The notes under the pieces are model-generated. The model had not been told where the DNA came from. It saw nothing but the letters and a program-made list of their open reading frames with translations, and did no database searches. Both the position numbers and the translations under genes were made by a program. A stretch of DNA of 64,000 nucleotides, from NCBI RefSeq assembly GCF_006345805.1, contig NC_043006.1, forward strand, positions 97,526,001-97,590,000, given 5' to 3'. Of this stretch, positions 52,890 to 64,000 are shown piece after piece. Positions within the stretch are counted from its first letter, which is position 1, and each line of letters starts with the position of its first letter. Source of the stretch: Octopus sinensis. Its lineage: Eukaryota.

Positions 52890-53108
52890 GTGTTCAGCAT
52901 GTGACCTCGTGAACACCGCCAGCAATTTTTTTTCCTCTGTCTTCCCTTCTCGGGATCTTTCCTTCTCCTTTGTTTCCGACGAAGAGCTCCGCTCGAAACG
53001 TTAGACCCTCCTTCTTCCATTCTTTCCTGAGCGTCCAATAATACTTTATTTGTTCCACGTCCTCGCGTTGTTGTGTTTTTGTGTTTTTTTGTTTGGATTA
53101 ACTTTATA

Positions 53109-53110
<2 letters not shown>
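52890..53110 (+). mobile_element. Short Penelope-like pseudo-LTR fragment
   Basis: T-rich segment between (AAT)n and (TA)n containing a minimal hammerhead-like motif. Confidence 0.5.
52972..53006 (+). ncRNA. Minimal hammerhead-like motif (U4-to-C variant)
   Basis: GUUU-CCGACGA-A-GAGC-UCC-GCUC-GAAAC-GU-U/AGAC. Confidence 0.55.
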
Positions 53111-53143
<33 letters not shown>

Positions 53144-53392
53144 ACATATATATATATATACATATATATGTGTATATTTATATGTGTGTGTTTGTGTATT
53201 TGTGCGTGTCTGTATCTTTGTGTTTGCGTTCGTGCCCTCTGACCTTTGACAATCGAAGTTAGTGCAGAAGAGACCAAGTGGATAAGTACCAAGCTTTAAA
53301 AGAAATTACCGGTATCAATTAAAACCGTTAAAATATGCGATCCAGTACGACTGCAGTCAACATAATAGAACAATTGAAAAATATCTGTCTGC

Positions 53393-53726
<334 letters not shown>

Positions 53727-53939
53727 GCACTAATGCATGATTGTATATACTGAAAAAACTAACGCTTACTAAGCGAATATCCACACTTCCAGGAAAATAT
53801 ACATCCACACTTCCAGGAAAATATACAATTAATATAACTACATCTAATCTTCAGACCGTGATTTGTGCATGGACACACACACACACACTCTCTCTCTCAC
53901 ACACATAAATACACAAACACACACACACACACTTTATCT

Positions 53940-54150
53940 GCCATGGTCACTGTTGAAGCTTCTGTGGCATAGTAAAATGATTATACTCTACATGCTTTTC
54001 TGCCAACCGCTGCTATAAACAAGGGAAGTGTGTTAGAAGGGTTTAACTTTCGTGAGAGAGGTCGAGGTCAATCCGTGCCAAGTGACTTCACTCTGCATAC
54101 ATTAGCTTCCTTATCATAGCAACAGTGGCCATACTTTTTGATCAGACTCG
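53940..54150 (-). mobile_element. Mariner-like 5' end fragment (TIR plus leader)
   Basis: Minus strand starts TA|CGAGTCTGATCAAAAAGTATGGCCACTG, resembling CGAGG-type mariner TIRs. No partner TIR seen. Confidence 0.45.
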
Positions 54151-54172
54151 TATAATATATAATATATATATA

Positions 54173-54212
<40 letters not shown>

Positions 54213-54395
54213 TATATTATACCGAAACCGAGGTATGCATTTAAGTCTGTTTTTATTTAATTTTTCATATGTCCTGCCCGCCAAATTTGGGTTGTGTTCG
54301 CTGAATTCTTCCTCTAGAGAATTTCCCTTGTAGTTTGATCGTTTATGATCTATTTCTAGCATTCTGGCCGGCTACCTAGCAGGCCAGCCCTGCCA

Positions 54396-54435
<40 letters not shown>

Positions 54436-54609
54436 TATATATATGTGTGTGTGTGTGGTGTGGTGTGTGTGTATCATATATACATATATGTATATATATA
54501 TATATGTATATATGTATATATATATATGTATATATATATATATGTATATGGAAATGCACACACACACACACATCTATACACACACACATATATATATATA
54601 TATGCATGT

Positions 54610-54947
54610 GAAGGCGCATGGCTCAGTGGTTAGAGCGTCGAGCTTACGATCGTGAGGTTGTGAGCTCGAATCCCGGACCGGGCTGCGTGTTGTGTTCTCG
54701 AGCAAGGCACTTTATTTCACGTTGCTCCAGTTCACTCAGCTGTAGAAATGAGTTGCGACGTCACTGGTGTCAAGCTGTATCGACCTTTGTCTTTCCTTGG
54801 ATAACACTGGTGGCGTGGAGGGGAGGCTGGTATGCATGGGCGACTGCTGGCCTTCCATAAACAACCTTGCCCGGACTTGTGTCTAGGAGGGTAACTTTCT
54901 ACGTGCAATCCCATGGTCATTCATGACGAAGGGGGTCTTTACCCTTT
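54610..54947 (+). mobile_element. SINE group B (tRNA head plus CORE-like centre), full length
   Basis: A box tggctcagtggttagagc, B box gagctcgaatccc, centre gtgttctcgagcaaggcactttatttcacgttgctccagttcactcagctgtagaaatgag, tail gggggtctttaccctt. Confidence 0.9.
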
Positions 54948-56646
54948 ATATATACACATATATATATACATATATATATTATATATACATATATATATAT
55001 ATAATATATATATATTATATATATATATACATACACATATCTATATATATGTATGTATATATATAGTATATGTATATATATATATATAATATGTATATAT
55101 ATGTGCATGTTTACAAAGACGTCACCTAACTTTTGCCACTTATAACAATTTAAACGGTTTGGGTTTTGAGATTTACGGTTCTTAAGCATGCAAACAACCG
55201 TTCTTTATTGTATGCATCTATTTATTTGCGAAAGTTTAATATTATAATTACCTCTTCAATTCTTGCGTTAGTGTTGGGTCATTTGGGAAAAAAATTCGCA
55301 GCAATGAACGTTTTGAACATGTAACTTCAATGATCCTACATCAATCCCATGCAATACTTGTATTTAGGGATGTCAGTATATACATAAATATATAAATCTA
55401 TTATTTTGAACTTCATGCTGTTGCAGGATCTAATTTTATACCTGGGAATAATATGACCATATATTTAATGCTAGAAACTGACATTCAGTACGGATTTAGC
55501 TTTGGTTTGTCTTTATGGTGTCCTCTCCATGTAAATTATTGCATATCTCGCCCATATTTGATATAAGAAATATAGCTGTAAAGTATTTTGTTTCTCTCAA
55601 TTGTTAAGCTGTTCAATAGATGCAATATTTATCGTGAATGCTCACTGGATTTCTTCCAGTCCGCTGCACAGTTGCGCCGTGTTTGAAGATTTTCAGCATG
55701 GAATTTCATGTAGTTTTCATCAGCAACCCAACAGCATAAAGCATTAAGAACCTCTTTCAGATCCCTTCCTTTAATGATGCTAAGATTCACTAAAGCATAC
55801 GTACGCACACACACGCACGCACACACACCTACACACGCACACTTATACACGTACATATAAAGATGCATATAAACACATGTGTAAACACATACAAACAGAC
55901 TCATACATACACAGTTGCACAGAGATTTATACATGCGTATATGTAAACATACATAAACATGCATATTCATATCTGCTTAGATATACATTTTCACTATTTT
56001 GATTCTCACGAGCAAATAAACATACACATACAAGCACATACATGCAAACAAAAAAGGTAAATGTAAACATACGTACATATATGCATATATAGAAATTCAG
56101 AGATAAATACGAGCAGGCATACATGCATGAAAACACGTGCACACGCAAATATGCATTTACATGCTCTTACACACATTTATACATACAACAAACGTGAATA
56201 CATACGAACATATACAGATGCTTAAATTTCCATATATACATATAAACACATATATTAACATTAACACTAATATATACACATACAGTATACACACGTACAT
56301 AGAAACGTATGTAGATATGTACAAATATTGACATGCAATCTACATTTCCACGTAGAAGTAAGCACACATATATACAAGCAAGCATACAAGCATACACATG
56401 CTTGCAAGCGTACTTACATGCTTGCACTTACATATATAGGAATAAATACAAATATACACTCTTGCATACACGAATGCATACGCACATAGAAACATGCATG
56501 CACATATATAAACATACATGTACACGTACATACACACATGTGTACATATACAAATAAGCTCACATATAAATGACTACAAATATACTGAAATAAAACAACT
56601 ATACACGTATAGCATACATACATATAGCTACAAATACATATATATA

Positions 56647-56900
56647 CTAGCAGAAAGACCGCTCTCCGGGCGGTTTTCTGCTACCCTCTTCATAATATTT
56701 TCACATTTGATTCCCATTTCTAATAAGTTTTAAATTTTTCGTCTAATTATTTCTTTGTATAATAGTGCTCACTTGCTTAGAAAGCATTGCTTTCATTATT
56801 TTATCACAGTCATAATCTCCCTTTTTAAACAAACATCACGGTAGTCCAACTCATCTCTACTCACATTTTGTCAAGTTTTACCTTCACCTCAAAGTAACAT
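56647..56900 (-). mobile_element. Probable Helitron 3' end (different family); upstream extent uncertain
   Basis: A|CTAG at 56647 followed by the GC-rich hairpin tagcagaaagaccgc-tctccgg-gcggttttctgcta (56648-56683). Confidence 0.45.
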
Positions 56901-58011
56901 AGAGATTTCAATTCTGCGGCTTTTCTGTAAGCTTTGCAATGTGTGTGTGTGAGAGAGAGGAGGGAGAGAGGACATTGCAAACAATGAATGAAATAAACAT
57001 TAAATGAAAAGATCGTATAAATAAAAAGGCATTGCTACAGATGTATACGCCTCCAACTTTGTTGCCTCCTGACATCCAGAAAAATGAATGCTTTTCAACA
57101 AAAATTTCTACAAACACCGCTTAGATGTTGTGGATTCAGAGTACACAGGGATTTATGAGAAAGAAGTTTTCCGAGGAGATGGAGAGAGGAGTTTTGGAAA
57201 ATCCATATGGTCTGTCATTTTCCCCTCCTAACTTTCAGGAAGATGGGTATCTATTAACGAAAATTTATATAGGTGCCTTTCAAACAGCATTGATTACGAT
57301 TGATTACGATGTTCAGGGATTTTCCCCATTCTTTTTTAAACCACAGCCTTCGAAATTATAGGTTGTGTGGGGCATCTTTATATGGAAAAGGTTTTGTAAA
57401 CTCTGTTTTAACATCCTCTCCCTCATCATCCCACTCCGGACCTATTTTGGCCAATTTTGTTTTTGCACTTCAAAACCATGGGATGAGCATTTTCGGTAAG
57501 GAAAATGTTTAAAAATTGTTAATATTTTCAGACCGAAAAGAGAGATTTAAAGGCGATTTGGCTGTGGTTTCTGGCATTTCCAAAGACAACCCTCTTCGTT
57601 TCTTTATCAGTCATACATGTATCGATGTTTTTCAATATTTTCCCCACAAAAAAAAATGTATATGCTATAAAAAAGAAAATATGAAGGTTTTGCAAACCCA
57701 CTCCCTGGTCCTGATCGTTTCTGTTTAGAAATTAAAATACTGGAGAGCCTGAGAAGGTCATTGTTGGCATTGATCCACAGTAATTAAAAAAAAAATTACG
57801 GAGATGTACTTGCATAGCAAGTGACTTGATCTGAGATCATGTGCTGAAACAAAAGCAATTGCAGCGTAGATGTTTGTAAGCCATTCATGAACGCATAGAA
57901 ACTCTTAGCTTCACGGCACTACTTAAATACAGAGGTCCTTGTGCATCTACGTAACAATATGAAGGGGAAGGTTAGTTTTTAGGGTTAAGGTTAGGGTTAG
58001 TTTTAGGGTTA

Positions 58012-58906
58012 GCTAGGGTTAGGTTTAAGATGTCACACACGTCCACACAGCTTACATTTAAAATGTTTTGTACGTAACACATATATTTAAATACCGTTAA
58101 TGAACCTCTGTACTTAAGTAGTACTAGTTTCAGTTCAACATTAAAATTTCATTTGTGCCAAAATATTTTCTTCGCTTTGAAACCGTGACCTGTTCACTGT
58201 CAAAGCTTCGCAAAAGTAATGCAGCACGAAGTTTTGTCAATGAACAGCAAAACACACACACACACACAAATTGATTGCATTTCATTTGTGTGTATGTATA
58301 TCTAATGTGTATGAGCGATTGTGTCACTGTTGAAGTCGCTCGAGCAACTTGTCTGTGTATAAATTGGCTTAATGGTACATAGTGTTTGGATACTGTGAAT
58401 AGGGTACAAGTTTCCAGTATGTGTAACTGTTTTCTTTTCCCCTCGTCTTCGAATAGTAATTACTCAACATTCTAGAATCTTCTCACTGCTAACCCGCGTT
58501 CAAAAATTATACGGGAATTATAAAACTTTTCATTCAATAAATCACGTATACATTAATAGAATAATAAACAATATATTACATATACCTTAATAGAATAAAC
58601 TTTTCCAAATAGCGAATGAAAACTTAAGAGAATGGAATATTCCGCAGTGAATGCAATGAATGTTTAAATTTGCAAGAAATTGGAGTTAAAAACATTTAAG
58701 AAATTACAGAACTCGAATTTATAGGAAATTTCTTAGAACATATTTCCAGATGGTTTACCCTTTAAAAATTGCTTTCTTGTAGCACTTTTAGTAGTTGTTA
58801 CATACTTAATTAATAAGCAGTTTTCTCTATTGTAGTATAGATAAATAGATATAGATAGATACATACACACATACAGACAGACAGACATACACAGACACAC
58901 ACACGC

Positions 58907-58969
<63 letters not shown>

Positions 58970-60065
58970 ACACATACATACACACATATATATATATGCA
59001 TATATATGTGTATGCANNNNNNNNNNNNNNNNNNNNNNNNNNNNNNNNNNNNNNNNNNNNNNNNNNNNNNNNNNNNNNNNNNNNNNNNNNNNNNNNNNNN
59101 NNNNNNNNNNNNNNNNGCTAGGGTTAGGTTTTAAGATGTCACACCACACGCCACACAGCTTACATTTAAAATGTTTGTACGTCGTAACACATATATTTTA
59201 AATACCGTTAATGAACCTCTGTACTTAAGTAGTACTAGTTTCAGTTCAACATTAAAATTTCATTTGTCCAAAATATTTTCTCGCTTGAAACCGTGACTGT
59301 CACTGTCAAAGCTTCGCAAAAAGAATGCAGCACGAAGTTTTGTCAATGAACAGCAAACACACACACACACACAAAGTGATTGCATTTCATTGTGTGTATG
59401 TATATCTAATGTGTATGAGCGATTGTGTCACTGTTGAAGTCGCTCGAGCAACTTGTTTGTGTATAAATTGGCTTAATGGTACATAGTGTTTGGATACTGT
59501 GAATAGGGTAAGTTTCCAGTATGTGTACTCTTTCTTTTCCCCTCGTCTTCGAATAGTAATTACTCAAAATTCTAGAATCTTCTCACTGCTAACCCGCGTT
59601 CAAAAATTATACGGGAATTATAAAACTTTTCATTCAATAAATCACGTATACATTAATAGATAATAAACAATATTATTAACTATACCTAATAGAATAAACT
59701 TTCCAAATAGCGAATGAAAACTTAAGAGAATGGAATATTCCGCAGTGAATGCAATGAATGTTTAAATTTGCAAGAAATTGGATTTAAAAAACATTAAGAA
59801 ATTACAGAAATCGAATTATAGGAAATTTCTTAGAACATATTTCCAGATGGTTAACCCTTTAAAATTGCTTTCTTGTAGCACTTTTAGTAGTTGTTACATA
59901 CTTAATTAATAAGCAGTTTTCTCTATTGTAGTATAGATAAATAGATATAGATAGATACAACCACACATACAGACAGACAGACATACACAGACACACACAC
60001 GCCATATAATATATATAAATATATATATATATATACACACAACATACACACATATATATTATGCA
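58012..60065. repeat. ~1-kb tandem duplication (58012-~59000 and 59117-~60065) straddling an assembly gap
   Basis: Both copies start gctagggttagg and are collinear. Differences are mostly 1-3-bp indels. Confidence 0.93.
59017..59116. other. Assembly gap (100 N)
   Basis: Direct reading. Confidence 1.
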
Positions 60066-60176
60066 TAATGTGTATGATATATATATATGTACGTGTGTGT
60101 ATATGTAGGTATGTATGTATGTATGTATGTATCTCTCTCTCTCCTCTCTATCTCTCATGTCTCTCTTTCTCTCTCG

Positions 60177-60262
<86 letters not shown>

Positions 60263-60887
60263 TATATACATATATGATATAATATACATACATGCACACA
60301 GATACTCACACAAATATGTATATACGTATAAATATACTAAATATTACATATATACATATATGTATATATATATATATGTGTGTGTGTGTATGTGTGTGTG
60401 TGTGTATAAATATAAATACATATATGTATATATATGCATATGTATATCTGCATATTTATACACACACACACGTATACATTCATAAAAATATATGCAAATT
60501 CATATCTATATAATCTCCCTATCTCCTTCCATCTCTCTCTTCATCTCTCTCTCTCTTCATCTCTACTCACTCTGTTATATGTTCGTTTCGTCACTGAAAT
60601 GAAACATCGACACTTGAGAATGCTATTGATCTTTGCCGTTCCATTTCAAATCGAATTCAGATTGAAATAATAAATTGTTAATGTAGCTGTCACATTGTTC
60701 AATCATCCTATATGTCATCTTTGTACGCTGTCTGCAGTGAAATTATAACTGTTGTTCTAATCAGCGAAATCAGAAAAGGAGAAAAAAATATTGTTTTAAT
60801 AGACAAGGCAATTCTAGGCTTTTGTTAGACAAAGATACATCGGAATATGAGTTCAATAAATATTCATGTCTGAAGTTTTGTTTTATT

Positions 60888-60910
60888 TAATAATAATAAT
60901 AATAATGATG

Positions 60911-60964
<54 letters not shown>

Positions 60965-61092
60965 TAATAATAATAATAATAACAACAACAATAATAATAA
61001 TATAATGATAATAATAATAATAATAATAATAGTAAATAATAATGATAATAATAATAATATAATAATAAATAATTATAATGATAATAATAACC

Positions 61093-61124
<32 letters not shown>

Positions 61125-61139
61125 TATAATAATAATAAC

Positions 61140-61174
<35 letters not shown>

Positions 61175-61200
61175 TAATAACAATAATAATATAAAATAAA

Positions 61201-61269
<69 letters not shown>

Positions 61270-61270
61270 T
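60888..61270. repeat. (AAT)n microsatellite
   Basis: Direct reading. Confidence 0.95.
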
Positions 61271-61280
61271 AACAACAATA

Positions 61281-61682
61281 AATGCCCTGATGCAGTAACA
61301 GACACTGACTCTCATGGCTTCTGATCATAACTGATTGAAAGAGTTATCGTGCATATATTTTGTCTTGGTATAAAAGATTGGCTGCAACAAATATTCTGCT
61401 CAATACTACAGACTTGCTTGCCAGTTGCCTGACCTTAACCAGTTGAGCATGTCCTTCAGTGGCTGATTGTACGTGTAACTTTGATCACGAGCTGAATTAG
61501 TGGGAGAGCATCATAGTTCTGTGTTGAGAGGAATTCTTTGGGGTTTGAATTATTTACTTCTGGAAACATGGGTTTATCAATCATTCTTAAACAACCCTTA
61601 TTCGGGGACCTTTTGAGAGGGATGGGCTACTCAACCTGAATAGAATTATAACTGGCCCCCCACCTTCAAGGTCATGCGCTGT
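61281..61682 (+). mobile_element. (AAT)n-anchored non-coding element, 5' part
   Basis: Begins directly after (AAT)n. Its last ~90 bp (cccttattcggggacc...gatgggctactcaacctga...ggcccccacctt.aaggtcatgcgctgt) match the reverse complement of 12190-12278. Confidence 0.75.
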
Positions 61683-62301
61683 ATGCATACATACATGCAT
61701 ACAAACATACACATACAGGGTTATTTGTGTATGCGAATAATCATTAAACTTTGGTATTGCTGGGGCATCTCTTCGTAGATTTCCTAGATCAAATCGATAT
61801 TAGCAGCCTGACACTTATTTAAAAGGTCGAACATGTAGCCAGCCATGACCAATGAGAAACGACCTTAGACTCTGCATTTTCCAATGAAACCTCATACACA
61901 ATCCTACTTCATATCAGCAGAAGACACACAGGAGTAAACCTTTGTGTGTGACTGTGCAAAAATCATTTATTGAAAGCTTTCCACTATATATATATCACTG
62001 TATACATCAATTTGAATATAGCAATGCGCTTCCTCGCATTGTTGTAGTCTTTGCAACGATGTCACCCAACTGACAAGATGCAGCAGACAACGTATAAGTA
62101 TCTGAGGTTACGACCTTCCCTGCAACGTGAATACCAATCATTGGCACGGTTACTCATTTATAGATGGGAGGACTGGACCGACGTGAAAACAGGTGTTTTA
62201 CACAAGAACACAATGCAACACGTGGTTCTGGAATTGAAACCAAGATCTTTTGATGACATGCGTGCCTGTGCATGTCTGAATGTGGTATGTATAAATATAT
62301 A

Positions 62302-62353
<52 letters not shown>

Positions 62354-62604
62354 ATATATACACGCACGCACCCACACCATACACACACATACATATGTGT
62401 GTGTCTGTACGTGTATATATATGTATATAATATATATGTATATATATATATATATATGTCTGCTCCAGTTATTGAGGTTTTGAACGATATCTTCTTCGGT
62501 TCAATTTATGCACATTAACCTATATATACATATATGTATGTGTTTGAATGTGTGGTATATGCATATATAACTATACATATGTGCCTATATATATAATATA
62601 TATA

Positions 62605-62636
<32 letters not shown>

Positions 62637-62679
62637 GATATATTATATATCATATACATATTCATATATATGTATATAT

Positions 62680-62712
<33 letters not shown>

Positions 62713-63261
62713 ATATATATTTCATATATATATATATATATATTATATATATAATATATAGTTATATATATATGAGCTCAAGTCGTATATGTATTTATGT
62801 GCACACATGTATGTATGTATATAATTAAATATATTACTGTAAGTTTGTATGATTAACCTCTCCTATTTTCTTTGTATTCGAGTTTTAACTATCACATCTT
62901 TTATTTCTAACCTAAACCATGTTTATATTTCACGGTTTTATTTATTCAGCTATTGACACAATGTACCTTTGATCTACACAACTTGCGATACAAGATATAG
63001 TCTTAGAAAACGATTTTTATCATGAGCAAATATTTAACTCTACCAACCATTTTTATGTTAGTAAAAATATGAAAGCTTTATCGATAGTTTAATTTTACTG
63101 AACATAATGTTTACATGTGGTGCAGTGTTTACCTGTTAACAAAACACACCATAATCTTTGATCTGCAAGTTTTGTACACCACAGTATACAATATACATGC
63201 ATATGCACACAACACACACACAACACACACACACACATACACACACACATAATATATATTG

Positions 63262-63292
<31 letters not shown>

Positions 63293-64000
63293 ACACCTAT
63301 ATATATGTATGTATATTACATATATATACATATATATAGATATAGATATACATACATTCATATATAGTTATATGTATGTATACATGAATATATGTACACA
63401 TATGTATATACAAAGATATTATATATACGTATTCATGCATACACTCGTGCACGCTCATATGTATATGTATAAAGAAAGTGTATGATCTAATAGTTACAAT
63501 GTTCGGCTTCCAATCATAGTGTCGCGGGTTCAATTCCTGCCTACGTTGGTGTGCTTTGTCTTTAGGCATCATATCCGCTTCTGGAATTTACTCAACTGAA
63601 AATGTGTACCAGATGAGTTCCGATGCAGCTCTCTCTCCTCCTCCTTCGATCTCTCTCTCTCTCTCTCTCTCTTCATTTGTCCCATTTTTGCTGTGGAATA
63701 GTCGAGTGGGTGTCTGCTCGCGATTGAATACGCACCCAATATGATGAACATATGTTTGGGATATATTAGCAGGCCATACATTTTCGCGGGTGATATTACA
63801 CATATATATATATATATAATTTATATATATAATACATATATATGTATACGCACACACACATGCACACACACACACACCACACACACATACAAACACACAC
63901 ACACACGCACACACACATATATATACACGCACACACACATACAAATTCATGTATGAGAAAAAGATGTAGAGAAATTAATATACAGACAAACTTATTTGAA

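Noticed and set aside
53779-53828. 25-bp tandem duplication ATCCACACTTCCAGGAAAATATAC(A); also a 14-bp tandem at 27986-28043
   Set aside because: Ordinary slippage duplications with no further structure.
57969-58025. TTAGGG-like repeats
   Set aside because: Short, degenerate and internal; more likely part of an interspersed repeat than a telomere or fusion site.
58733-59149. 138-aa ORF
   Set aside because: Runs through the N gap and microsatellites; artefact.

Overview
AT-rich, repeat-saturated eukaryotic DNA. The SINE families and microsatellite spectrum match what I recall from Octopus, which is an inference and not a database result. I find no convincing host protein-coding gene; nearly all listed ORFs are microsatellite or SINE read-throughs. 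The window holds a complete but decayed mariner (40455-41724, perfect 37-bp TIRs), RTE-clade LINE fragments (one with a 5' inversion), several R4/Dong-like restriction-endonuclease LINE fragments tied to (AAT)n tracts, four tRNA-derived SINE groups with swapped tails, Helitron/Helentron-type elements, MITEs, and a ~1-kb duplication around a 100-N gap that is probably an assembly artefact. The most interesting signal is a set of four hammerhead-ribozyme-like motifs (4430-4490, 15852-15889, 38131-38230, 52972-53006). All have an extra A after the CUGANGA box and an ACGU-based stem III. Two lie inside (TA)n-anchored foldback elements with Penelope-like pseudo-LTR architecture, and in one the inversion breakpoint is about 8 nt from the predicted cleavage site. 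SINE group labels A-D are my own. Boundaries are approximate unless TIRs or TSDs are quoted.
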